A DNA stretch of 64,000 bases from an uncultured Gemmatimonadales bacterium (GCA_963741945.1 CAVUKA010000003.1:416001-480000), one strand, 5' to 3'. Counted from the stretch's first letter, positions 19,390 through 29,401 are shown. Notes: generated by a model from the letters alone, not told the origin. Translations and numbers: made by a program.

Positions 19390-19927
19390 CCGCATCTTCC
19401 TCCTCCGACGGCAGCCGTGTGTCCCCCTGGAGCAGCGTCCCGCCGGAGGCGACCGCGCGCATCCCTGGCGCTGGCACCGCCGCCTCCGCCTCCGCCAGGG
19501 GCCGTCCGGTGGTGGGATCGACAAGGTCGGGATCCAGCTCCAGGAGCGGGACGAGGACGAACGCCCGCTCGCGCATGCGTGGGTGCGGTATGGTGAGCCC
19601 GGGGCGGTCGATCCGCCGGTCGTCGTAGAGAAGGATGTCCACGTCCAGCGTGCGGGGCCCGTTGCGGACGGTGCGCTCACGCCCGCGCTCACGTTCCAGG
19701 CGACGCCCGAGCGCCAGCAGGTCTTCCGGCTCCAGCGATGTCTCCAGCCGCACGACCATGTTCAGGAATCGGGGCTGATCGGTGTAGCCGACCGGCTCGG
19801 TCTCGTAGACGGTGGACACGCCCGTGAGCGCGACGGCGGGCTCGCGGGCGAGAGCGTGGAGCGCGTGGCGCAGGTGCCGCGCGCGCGCGCCGACATTCGT
19901 CCCGAGGCCGAGCCAGGCAGTGGCCAC
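19379..19927 (-). CDS. folK: 2-amino-4-hydroxy-6-hydroxymethyldihydropteridine diphosphokinase
   Basis: LGLGTNVG, YETEP, FLNMV, GPRTLDVDILL, IPHPRMRERAFVLVPL. Confidence 0.95.
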   Translation of the reverse strand: MATAWLGLGTNVGARARHLRHALHALAREPAVALTGVSTVYETEPVGYTDQPRFLNMVVRLETSLEPEDLLALGRRLERERGRERTVRNGPRTLDVDILLYDDRRIDRPGLTIPHPRMRERAFVLVPLLELDPDLVDPTTGRPLAEAEAAVPAPGMRAVASGGTLLQGDTRLPSEEEDADAP

Positions 19928-19937
19928 GCCGCTCGCG

Positions 19938-20339
19938 TCAGCTCCGGCCGTAGCGGTCCTGGAGCCGGACCACGTCGTCGAGCTCCGGCGTGGAAGCTTC
20001 CAGGATGTCCACGTCCGTGAGGGCCGTCATCCGGTGAACGGTGCCGGGCGTGACGTGGTAGCTCGCGCCCTCCTCCAGCGGCACCTCCTCCAGCTCTTCC
20101 AGCGACGGGCCCGCCTCGAACTTCATCCGCCCGCTCAGCAGGTGGATGGTCTCGTCCTTCCGCTCGTGGTACTGCAGCGAGAGCGCGTGACCGGCCTTCA
20201 CGTGCAGGATCTTCCCCACGTACCGGGCGGTGTGCGCCCAGATCAGCTCGTGGCCCCACGGCTTGTCCACGCGAACCGGCTGCGTCAGTCCGGCATCGCC
20301 TGTCCCGCTCGCCACTCCCTGCTCCGCTGGCCCGCTCAT
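19938..20339 (-). CDS. Cupin protein (mannose-6-phosphate isomerase type II C-terminal-like)
   Basis: KPWG, LSLQYHERKDE, HRM, EASTPELDDVVRLQDRYGR. Confidence 0.85.
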   Translation of the reverse strand: MSGPAEQGVASGTGDAGLTQPVRVDKPWGHELIWAHTARYVGKILHVKAGHALSLQYHERKDETIHLLSGRMKFEAGPSLEELEEVPLEEGASYHVTPGTVHRMTALTDVDILEASTPELDDVVRLQDRYGRS

Positions 20340-21580
20340 GCGACGAATCTCACGCGCGCGAACTTCCGCTTCCCCCGCCGGAATACCCGCTCGTCCCCTT
20401 CGCCCGCGTCCACCATCGCGTTCCGATCCTCCACCACGTCTCCGTCCACGGCCACTGCGCCCTGCTCGAGGAGTCGCACCGCTTCACTGTTCGACGACGC
20501 CAGCCCGGCCACCACGAGGACGCCGACCACCCAGACCTGCCCGGCTTCGTGGCGAACCCGCTCGTCGCCGAGCCGGACGGCGATCTCCGGCATCTCGTCC
20601 GGGTCCTCCTTCTTGCGGAAGACCTGGTCGAAGTGCGCCTCGCCCGCTTTCGCACCCTTCTCGCCGTGGTACTCCGTCGTGATCAGCTTCGCGAGCGCCC
20701 GCTTCGCCTCGTACGGCTGCTCCGCGGCGCCGGCGAGCGCAGTCTCGAGCGCGTCGCCGGTGAGGCCGCTGGCCAGGTGGTACCACTCCTCCAGCAGCGT
20801 GTCCGGGATCGACATGGTCTTCCCGTACATCTCCTCCGGCGGCTCCGCAAGCCCGATGTAGTTGTCGTAGCTTTTCGACATCTTCTGCTCGCCGTCCGTG
20901 CCCCGGAGCAGCGGCATGATGAGGCAGACCTGCGGCTCCTGGCCGTAGCGCTCCTGGATGGTCCTCGCCACAAGCAGGTTGAACTTCTGGTCGCTCCCGC
21001 CCAGCTCCACGTCCGCGCCCAGCGCCACGGAGTCGTACGCCTGCATGAGCGGGTACATGAGCTCCATCATGGAAATGGGGCGGTTCTCCTTCATCCGCTT
21101 GTCGAAGTCGTCCCGCTCCAGCATGCGCGCCACGGTATACGACGCCGTCAGCTTCAGGATGTCGGCCAGGTTCAGCGGCGCCAGCCACTTCGAGTTCGGC
21201 TCCACCCGCACCCGGTCCACGTCCAGGATGCGGCCCACCTGCTCCGCGTACGTGGCCGCATTCGCATCGATCTCCTCCGGCGACAGCGCCGGGCGCGTCT
21301 CACTCCGCCCGCTCGGGTCCCCCACCCGGGCCGTGTAGTCCCCCACCACGAACACCACGCTGTGCCCCAGCTCCTGGAAGGTGCGGAGCTTCCGCATGCT
21401 CACCGCGTGCCCGATGTGCAGGTCCGGGCGCGTCGGGTCGAAGCCCTGCTTGATGATGAGGGGCGTCCCCTGCGCCAGGCTCCGCTCCAGCTTCCGCGCC
21501 AGCTCGTCCTCGGGGATGATCTCCAGCGCGTCGCGCCGGATCGCGTCCATCTGCTCGTTCACAGGTGGGAACTTCGCCAC
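20336..21580 (-). CDS. tyrS: Tyrosine-tRNA ligase
   Basis: GFDPTRPDLHIGH (HIGH), YPLMQAYDS, GGSDQKFN, KMSKS, C-terminal S4 domain; GTG start at 21580, ATG at 21622 is an alternative. Confidence 0.96.
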   Translation of the reverse strand: MAKFPPVNEQMDAIRRDALEIIPEDELARKLERSLAQGTPLIIKQGFDPTRPDLHIGHAVSMRKLRTFQELGHSVVFVVGDYTARVGDPSGRSETRPALSPEEIDANAATYAEQVGRILDVDRVRVEPNSKWLAPLNLADILKLTASYTVARMLERDDFDKRMKENRPISMMELMYPLMQAYDSVALGADVELGGSDQKFNLLVARTIQERYGQEPQVCLIMPLLRGTDGEQKMSKSYDNYIGLAEPPEEMYGKTMSIPDTLLEEWYHLASGLTGDALETALAGAAEQPYEAKRALAKLITTEYHGEKGAKAGEAHFDQVFRKKEDPDEMPEIAVRLGDERVRHEAGQVWVVGVLVVAGLASSNSEAVRLLEQGAVAVDGDVVEDRNAMVDAGEGDERVFRRGKRKFARVRFVA

Positions 21581-21705
21581 GTCTCGTCCCTTCGATGCGG
21601 CCCGGGCCGCGTCCACTGCCATTGCTCGACCAGCGCGGTCACGCGCGCGGGTGTCTGTGAACCTGGGAAGGTGTCGGGAGCGTGAGGCGAGTGTCAAGCC
21701 GGTCG

Positions 21706-21960
21706 AGGAAGGTGCGAAGGGGGCGAAGGGCACGGCCAACAGCGTGACACGAAGAGCACGACGGGTCGAAGCAACGAAGGAATGCGGGGGGAGCGGGTGC
21801 CGGGGCTTCGCAAGCCGCGCGGACCCGGCAGCGCGTCGGGGGGGAACCTGAATGGATTGCCCCGCGCGTTTCCGGGCGTCGAGGCATCCCCGCCTGGAAT
21901 GCCTCACCGGCGCCGTTCTTCGTGCCCTTCGACCCTTCGAGCCCTTCGTGTCACGCCGTT
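21706..21960. repeat. Intergenic inverted-repeat cassette built of CGAAGGG-type short units
   Basis: 21738-21779 is an imperfect reverse complement of 21918-21960. Confidence 0.7.
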
Positions 21961-22106
21961 GTGCGGAGGCCGCGACCAGCCCACCCGCAATGGCGGCGCC
22001 GGGATGCCGACGCCCGGGACACTCCGTGAGCCGTGCCACGCCACGGCCCGCGATGTATCTTGCCCACGTGAGCCGCACCGTTTCCACGCCCAACCGAAGG
22101 AGGCGT

Positions 22107-22637
22107 ATGGCTCGCCAGCAGAGTCGTGCCTCGGCCCCGTCCGACGCGGAGCTGCGCGCGCAGCTCGGCCCCGCCCACACGGCCTACCGCGCGCTCCTGG
22201 GCGCACACCCGGAGCTGAAGCCCGAGTGGAAGTGGTACGGGCAGAAGAACGGCTGGAGCCTCAAGCTCCTGGACGGGAAACGGAACCTCTGCTTCATCGG
22301 CCCGCACGACGGCTACTTCAACGCCGGCTTCGTCTTCGGCCACGACGCCACCAACCGAGCGCTGGAGAGCGAGGCGCTCCCGGCCGACGTCAAGCGCCTC
22401 ATTGCCGACGCGCCCACGCTCCCGGAAGGCCGCGGGTTCCGGCTGGAGGTGCGCGACGACTCCCTCCTCCCCGCCATCTCGCTCCTGCTGGAGATCAAGC
22501 GCGGCCCCAAGTCCGCCGCCGCGGCGCACGAGCGCGCGGCCCACGCCCACACCGCCCGGGAGGCCGCGGTGCCGAAGCCGCCGCCGGCGCCCCGGAAGGA
22601 GCTGCGGATGCGGTCGCACCGGAGAGGACGGGGCTAG
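22107..22637 (+). CDS. DUF3788-like protein
   Basis: GGAGG RBS; EWKWYGQKNGWSLK...KRNLC...GFVFG...EGRG pattern. Confidence 0.7.
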   Translation: MARQQSRASAPSDAELRAQLGPAHTAYRALLGAHPELKPEWKWYGQKNGWSLKLLDGKRNLCFIGPHDGYFNAGFVFGHDATNRALESEALPADVKRLIADAPTLPEGRGFRLEVRDDSLLPAISLLLEIKRGPKSAAAAHERAAHAHTAREAAVPKPPPAPRKELRMRSHRRGRG

Positions 22638-22686
22638 CGGGGCCGGCCCGTCGGGCGGAGCCGGGCAGCGTCCGGACGTTGGTCCC

Positions 22687-24133
22687 TCAGGACGTGCGCC
22701 TCGACACCGCGTGAGCAGGCGCGGCCGAGGGGAGCAGGCGCTCGAGCCTCCGCTCCAGCGCGGCACCGGCAGACCGCTGGGCACTCGCTCGGGGATGAGG
22801 TGGGTGAGGTTTCTGGCGGCGGGGTCCGTGAGGGCGAGCAGGTAGGCGGTGAGCGCGTCCACGATCTCGGGCGCGAGCACCACGCCGTCAATGATCGGGT
22901 CTCTCGTGGCGAGAATGGCCGTGGCGTTGTCCACGACGGTTCCCTGCAGGGCCGGCTCGAGCCGTGAAGCGTCGAACGTGCGCAGCTTCCTTTCCGACTC
23001 GCTGTAGTGGTCGATGAAGTCGTGCAAGCTGAAGAACTGACCGGCGTGGCCATAGGGGCCCGTCAGCTCCACATTTCGGAGCGGTGTGGTGCGGAACGCG
23101 TACCGGTCGGCCGGGCTCCCGCTGACACGTTCACGACCGAAGTCGTCATTGCCCGCGGGTCCATCGCCGGCGCCCGGTCCGAACTGCGCGAGGGCGACGT
23201 TGTGGAAGGCGCCATCCGAGAACGCGGGTCCGGTGTGGCATTCGGAGCACCGGATCTCCATGAAGATCCGGGCGCCCTCGAGCTGTGCCGGGTCGAGGGC
23301 GTCGTCGTCGCCGGCGAGGAAGCGGTCCCACGGCGAGTGGTTGAAGGAGAGCTCTGCGGCCATGAAGCCGGCCATGGCGTTGGTGGCGTGGGCGAACGTC
23401 ATCCGCTCGAAAGGCGTTCCCGGGTAGGCACTTTCAAAGAGCTGCCGATACTCCGCCACGTCGCCGAGCCTGCGCATGATGGCGCGCCAGATCCGCGCGG
23501 GTTGGCCGTCCGGGATCGCCGCCAGCTCATTGCCCGACGCGCCGCGCATCTCGGCCCGGGAAAGAACGGGGAGCAATCCCACGGCGGACAGCGCTCCGAA
23601 CTCGAAGACGCGCGCCATGTCGTCCGTGACCCGGACGCCATGGACGTACGGAAACGCCCCTTCGCGTCGGCCGCGATCTTCCCGTCCCAGAAGAAGGAGC
23701 GCATGGCGTACAGGTTGAAGAGCGGCGGCGCGTTGCGCGGGATGAAGTGACCGCCGGGGTGGGAGCGCGCCGGGCCCAGACCCGTGCCCCCCTGGCCAAT
23801 CGGGAGACGCCGCGCATCGCCCATGGCGAAGCGCGGCGCGTGGCAGGTCATGCACGCGATGTCGCGGTTGCCACTCAGGAGCGGATCGAACATGAGGACT
23901 CGACCGAGCTCCACCAGCGCCGGACGCACGGCGGGTGGCGGTGGCAGCGGGCTTATCCCTCGGCCTGCCGCGAGAGCGCGCACCTGGTCCGCCGCGTCGC
24001 TCGACGTGATCTCGGTGGAAGCCCGCTCCGGACCGACCGGGTCGGTGGAAACGCCGTCGCCGCAGCCTCCGACGATCGTGGCCGTCACCACCGCGATCGT
24101 GCCAACGAGGGTGGTCAGGTGGGATTTCGGCAT
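22687..24133 (-). pseudogene. Di-heme cytochrome c peroxidase/MauG-family lipoprotein, frameshifted near 23645, 3' end uncertain
   Basis: LGRVLMFDPLLSGNRDIACMTCH, RNAPPL, FFWDG in one frame; CSECH, FRTTPLRNVELTGPYGHAG, LxALTD in another. Confidence 0.8.
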
Positions 24134-24200
24134 CGCATGTGCTCCGATGGCGTGGGACGACGGAGGCCCGCCCTGCACGGGCCTCCGCCGATCTTCCGGA

Positions 24201-24841
24201 TCACTCCGCGGGCGTGCAGAGGTTGGTCGTGGGACTGATCTGGCACCCGCACAGCGGCACGTCCGGGTTGAAGTTGTCGAACATGCCGTCCGGGTTGTGC
24301 ATCCACGCCCAGATGTGCGCGACCCAGCCGCCGTGCGCGTCGCTCCAGGTCAGCTCCTTACCGATCCCCTCGATCGTGGGCGGGTGACCGGGATAGCCGG
24401 CTGCCGTCGGGGCAGGATAGAAGTCGCCGGGAATGAAGTAGTCGAAAGCGGCCATCCGCATCCCCCAACTGGTCATCCAGGGACGACGATCCGCCCATCC
24501 GGCCCCACCAGCGAGGTATGGTCGTCCAGCAGGAGATCCATATTGGCGGTGTGGTAGCCCATGCCGCGCGCCTGCGAAGCGGAGACCGCCTCGGTGCGCT
24601 CGTCGGAGCACCCCACATCCGCCGTGTAGCCGTCGGCCTCAGCCATTGCGCGATTGTGCCAGCTCGCCGACCGCGCACGCAGCGCCGCGAGGGCCTGGTT
24701 GTCCTGAGCCGGAGACAGCTTGACGGGAGCGCTAGTGACATCGGTGAGGCGCTCCCGACGGGCCCGAGCGCCCCGGGCGGCGGCCACCGCGAGCGCTGCG
24801 AATGCGGCGGCCAGGTGTCGAGCGTGTCCAGACGAAGTCAT
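24201..24841 (-). pseudogene. Exported His/Trp-motif hypothetical protein, frameshifted near 24490
   Basis: Signal-like N-terminus and GMGYH in one frame; FDYF...WVAHIWAWMHNPDGMFDNFNPDV in another; GGAGGG RBS. Confidence 0.65.
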
Positions 24842-24923
24842 GTAGCCCTCCATGTGAGTGGTTCGGTGATGCGGACGGACGGGATCGTCGTTGCTCCGCC
24901 CGAAGGCCGCGGCTACATTGCGC

Positions 24924-24979
24924 TCGAGCCCTCAACTCCAGGTCAGCGGTCGCTCAACGGCGGTTGATTCCGCGGCTGA
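24924..24979. promoter_or_regulatory. Putative SARP/OmpR-type binding boxes
   Basis: TCAAC, TCAGC, TCAAC at 24932, 24943, 24954 (11-bp period), plus inverted GTTGA and GCTGA, next to a BTAD regulator gene. Confidence 0.45.
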
Positions 24980-25030
24980 TCCTCGCCATTCACAACCCGG
25001 TGTACCGCGGCTTCGGCCGGATCCCAGGAC

Positions 25031-27412
25031 ATGGCTCGTGGCATGATCTCCCTCAGGCTCTTCGGCGGCGCATCGCTCGAGCGTGACGGTGAGGTGCTGA
25101 GCGGCCCGCCCACCCAGCGCCACCGTCTGGCGCTGCTGGCCCTCCTGTGCATCTCGCACCCGCGCCCGCTGAGCCGCGACAAGCTGATGGGCTACCTCGG
25201 CCGGCGCGTACGCCGTGCGCCCACGGCATGGCTGCTTCACCAGGAACGAGCGCACCGTGTCGCGGAAAACGGTCGGTGATAACGCGATCCTCTCGGTGGG
25301 TGAAGAGCTGCGGCTCGGATCTCCGTCTCTCGAGTGCGACGTTCTCACCTTCGAGGATGCGCTCGATGCGGGCGATCGGACTCGGGCCACGACCCTCTAC
25401 ACCGGCGCCCTGATGGACGGCTTCTTCCTGGCGACACACTCGAACGAGACCTGGCCGACCACGAGCCGGAGCGCCTGACCGTCGGCAGTGGCCGGAGTCC
25501 GCGACGCTGGCCGGGGCGGCCACTGCCGGGGATGCGGAGGCCGCCGGAGAATACTGGCGCCGCCTGCTCGTCGACGATCCGTACGAGGCCGGGGTGACCG
25601 TCGGGCTCATGCGAGCCCTGGAGATGCTGGGCGATCGGGCCGGCGCCATCCGTCAGGCACGCCTGCACGAAGTGCTCATCGAGGAGGAGTTCGGCGCGGA
25701 GCCCGACGCGGCGGTGCGCGCGTTGGCGGCGCGCATCCGCGCCGGCGAGGACGACACCGCCGTTGAGGGTGAGGGCGCCGCTGCAGGGGTTCACGTTGAC
25801 GAGGGCGAGGGCCAGGGGGGGGACGAAGGCGGGGGGATCGGCTTTGCCGACGACGGAGGTGCGGGCCATTCCGGGTCGGCTATCGCTCGGACGGGTGCCG
25901 ACCACGGCCGCGGACGCGCGAGCACGTCCGGGGCCGTGAAGCCCCGAAGTCCACGCCGGTCGTGGAAGCGCAGGGGCTGGGTGGCGGTCGCACTGCTCCT
26001 GGTCGGAATGATGGTCTGGGCGTCGACCCGCGGACGCTCCGCCAACGCCGCCGGGCTGACTCGCATCGCCGTCCTTCCTCTCGCCAACCTCACCGGTGAT
26101 CCCGGGCAGGAGTACTTCGTGGCGGGGATGCACGACGCGTTGATCTCGGAGCTGGCCAAGATCGGCACACTGGTCGTCTATTCCCGCCAGTCGGTGCTCC
26201 GCTACGCGGACAGTGACCTGCCGCTGCCGGTGATCGCGAAGGAGCTGGGCGTCGACGCCCTCGTGGAAGGGGCCGTGTTCAAGAGCGGCGACAATGTCCA
26301 CATCCAGCGCCAGATCGTCGCCCGGGCGCCTGCCGCGGCCGGTCAGGTCGCGAGAGCCGGCCCCAGCGCCCACAGGACAGCCCACGCCAGCAGCAGCGCC
26401 ACGCCGGCGCGGGACGCCCGATGTGCGGGCGCGCCTGTCGAGCACTCGTCGCGTCGGCCCCACGCCCACGAGCGCATACCGGGCAGGCTGTACCGCGGTC
26501 CCCGCGGCAACGGGCAGTCGCTGCCGGCGATCCTCACGGGCGAGCCGGACGGCGCGCCACCGGAAGCGTGAAGGCGGCCGCGATGGACTCAGCAGGCCGC
26601 GCACGCGAAGCTCCGCTGACGACCACTGGTTCTCGAGCCTCTGAGGGAAGATCCGGACGAGTACACCGGAAGACGAAAGCCGTCCAGCCCTGCGGGCCAT
26701 CGCTCTCGACAATACGGAGGCGCAAGCGTACGCCTCGCTCGGGTTCGTGCTGTTCCGCTATGAATGGGACTGGGACGGAGCGGAGCGCGCGATCCGGCGA
26801 GCGAACGACCTGGACCCGAACTCTCACCACTGGATCTACGCCCTCTACCTGTCCGCCGCCGGCCGGCACGAAGAAGCGATCGCCGAGTACCACAAGGCGG
26901 AGGAGCGGGACCCGGCTTCCGACCTGCTGAAAGCGCAGGTCGCGCGGGAGTACGGGTGCGCCGGTCACTACGACGAGGCGATCGCCGAGGCAAGGGAGCT
27001 CCACGCCCGTGTGGCCGCTGACGGCACGCCGGGCGAGGTCGGGGACACCGCCTGGCTGCTGGCCTTCACGGCGATCCAGAACACCTTCGCGGGCGCCTAC
27101 GAGCAAGCGATCGGCGACGCCCGACGGCTCGTCGCCCTCACCGACACAGCCAGCGACGGTCCCCTGCTCGCCTTCGCTCTGGCCATGGGTGGCCGGCGCG
27201 ATGAGGCACGATCGGTCATCGCGCGGCTCGACACGAGCTGGAGCCGAGGGTTCGCCGGGTGGCAACCGGAGGTTTACGCCGCGCTCGGTGACACCGATCG
27301 CGCCGTCGCCGCCGCGGCCGCGCTGGTCCGGTCGTACGGCCGCGATCTGACGGGCCTGCGCTGCTGGACCGCGTACGGTCTTCACGCGACGAAGCCCGAC
27401 CAGGCGCTGTGA
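25031..27412 (+). pseudogene. SARP/BTAD transcriptional regulator with TM segment, TolB-like and TPR domains, multiply frameshifted
   Basis: MISLRLFGG...LALLALL...SRDKL; LYTGALMDGF; DDPY..LMRAL..GDRAGA; TM; IAVLPLANLTGDPGQEYF...LGVDALVEG; WDWDGAERAIRRA TPRs across several frames. Confidence 0.75.
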
Positions 27413-27470
27413 AGCCAGCAACACGAGAGCCGCGGGCTCCGCACAGCAGGCGCCGCAACCCACCCGGACC

Positions 27471-28187
27471 CTACCACACCCCCGGCACCAGCCTCGCCGG
27501 CGTCCGCTCGGCGTAGGCGTCGTACCCCGGCAGCCCTGTCCGGAGCAGGCGGTCCTCCCGCCCGGTCCGGAGCACGATCACCGCGGCCACGACCAGTGAA
27601 GGGATCAGCGCCCACAGGGAGTCGAGGAGGAGCGGCGTCGCCACTGTGGCCAGGAACGAGGCGGCGTACGCGGGGTGCCGCACGAGGGCGTACGGGCCCC
27701 GGCTCACCACGACCTGCCCCCGATCGGCCTGGATCCTGGCCACGGCGGAGAACCACGGGTTCCCGGCCATGGCCCACGTCGCGAACGCCAGCGCCGTGGC
27801 GATCACGACGGCGGCCGCGAGCTGGACGGCCAGGAGCCCGGGGGGCGACCAGGCGAAACGGTGGTCCAGACCCGCCGTCGCCAGGACGACCACCGGCCCG
27901 AGCACCACCAGCGTGACCAGCGCCCTGTCCCCTCTCTGCACGCCCTCCACGGAAGCGTAGCGCGCGCGCTCCCGCAGCGTGTCCGGGCTGCGGAGCGCCA
28001 GCGTCACACGGCTGGCGACGGTGCCCGCCGTCATCAGTCCGACGTACAGCCACGCCATGGGCCAGCGCACCGTCCCCGCAGTGGTGAAGAGAAACGCCGG
28101 GACCAGCACTAGGAACAACGCGAAACCGACCGTGGAGCGGACCATCTGCCGCCCTGACGATGGCGTGGTCGCCGCGATCCCTTCCAT
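27471..28187 (-). CDS. Isoprenylcysteine carboxyl methyltransferase (ICMT/PEMT) family membrane protein
   Basis: Multiple TM segments, NPWFS, GPYALVRHPAY, EDRLL..LPGY..Y, RLVPGVW. Confidence 0.88.
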   Translation of the reverse strand: MEGIAATTPSSGRQMVRSTVGFALFLVLVPAFLFTTAGTVRWPMAWLYVGLMTAGTVASRVTLALRSPDTLRERARYASVEGVQRGDRALVTLVVLGPVVVLATAGLDHRFAWSPPGLLAVQLAAAVVIATALAFATWAMAGNPWFSAVARIQADRGQVVVSRGPYALVRHPAYAASFLATVATPLLLDSLWALIPSLVVAAVIVLRTGREDRLLRTGLPGYDAYAERTPARLVPGVW

Positions 28188-28275
28188 CAGACCCTCCGCG
28201 CTCCGGGGTTCGAGCGCTTCGCCGGTAGAGGACAAGGTAGCGGTCCGCGCCCACGCGGGTCGAGGGTGGCGGCCC

Positions 28276-28305
28276 TTGACCCCATACCGATATATCGGAT
28301 AGTAT
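28276..28305 (+). promoter_or_regulatory. Sigma70-like promoter with a palindromic operator in the spacer
   Basis: TTGACC-18 bp-TAGTAT enclosing the perfect palindrome CCGATATATCGG (28287-28298). Confidence 0.65.
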
Positions 28306-28355
28306 CCCGTAACCACGGCCGGAACGCGTCCGACCGTCTGCTAATGGAGGGAGCC

Positions 28356-28922
28356 ATGGGACCGAGAGGCAATGATTACGGCTGGAGCGCGTGGGCCAGC
28401 ATGTGCGGCCCGAACTTCCCGTTCGGGCGGGGGCATCACCGTCGTCGGCGTGTGTTCCGGCGGGGTGACCTGAAGTACATGGTGCTGGGGCTGCTGGAGG
28501 AGCAGCCGATGCACGGGTACGAAGTGATGCAGCGTCTGGAGGAGGAGTCGGGCGGGTTCTATTCGGCGAGCCCTGGCTCGGTCTATCCGGTGCTCCAGAT
28601 GCTGGAGGACCAGGGGTACGTGCGGGGTGAGGAGCGGGACGGGAAGAAGGTGTACAGCATCACGGCGGAGGGGAAAGCGTTCCTGCACGAGCACCGGGAT
28701 CGTGTGGAGGACGTGTCGGGCCGGGTGGAGGACCTGGGCTCGATGTTCGGCGGGCGCGGCATGGGGGATCTGACGCGAACGTTCGTGCGGCTGGCGCAGG
28801 CGAGCTTCGAGGGGGCACTGGACGCGGCGGGTGACCCGGAGAAGGTTGCGGCGCTGAGGGAAGTACTGGAAAGGGCGACGCGGGAGGTGGAGTCGTCGCG
28901 GGATCGACCGAAGCAGGCGTGA
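28356..28922 (+). CDS. PadR-family transcriptional regulator
   Basis: RGDLKYMVLGLL..PMHGYEV, SPGSVYPVLQMLED, KKVYSIT.EG. Confidence 0.93.
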   Translation: MGPRGNDYGWSAWASMCGPNFPFGRGHHRRRRVFRRGDLKYMVLGLLEEQPMHGYEVMQRLEEESGGFYSASPGSVYPVLQMLEDQGYVRGEERDGKKVYSITAEGKAFLHEHRDRVEDVSGRVEDLGSMFGGRGMGDLTRTFVRLAQASFEGALDAAGDPEKVAALREVLERATREVESSRDRPKQA

Positions 28923-28950
28923 GGACCGGAACGGAGGAGAGGAGGCAAGC

Positions 28951-29313
28951 GTGCCCGAGTGGCTGATCATCGGCCTGGTGCTCTGGTTCGTCTTCAGCGA
29001 CGGAGGGCGTCGTCGTCGCCGCTGGCGGCGACGCATGCTGCGGGAGTACGGGGACGACTGGCTGTACGTCGGGGACGGGCGGGGCACGGGTCGATGGGGC
29101 GACGGCTGGCGCCGCGGCTCGCTTCCGGGTGAGCGCGCGGAGGGAGGGCCGACATCGACGGCGCGGTCCGGCGGGCACGCGCCTCCGCCGGTGCCCCGGC
29201 AGGAGACGGCGGAGGAGCGGCTGCGGCGGGAGTTCGTGGAGGGTCGGCTGACCATGGAGGAGTACGAGTCGCGGCTGTGGCAGGAGCTGAAGCCGAGGAC
29301 GCCCCGCGAATAG
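28951..29313 (+). CDS. Small membrane protein with a C-terminal SHOCT-like domain
   Basis: N-terminal TM; ERLRREFVEGRLTMEEYE; GGAGG RBS. Confidence 0.7.
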   Translation: MPEWLIIGLVLWFVFSDGGRRRRRWRRRMLREYGDDWLYVGDGRGTGRWGDGWRRGSLPGERAEGGPTSTARSGGHAPPPVPRQETAEERLRREFVEGRLTMEEYESRLWQELKPRTPRE

Positions 29314-29401
29314 CCGTCCGGGCCCTGCCCCGGGGATTCCGCCCCGAATCTTGCACTACGTCCCCGCCGGACGACGAGCGACCGAGCGGGGGCGAGGCAT
29401 T

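Noticed and set aside
21580-22100. T-box leader upstream of tyrS
   Set aside because: No GGTGGNACC T-box motif on the minus strand; the region is explained by an inverted-repeat cassette.
21951-22760. Long C-terminal extension of the peroxidase ORF
   Set aside because: It runs antisense through the DUF3788-like gene after the natural-looking end VPSGLPV; probably a lost stop or another indel.
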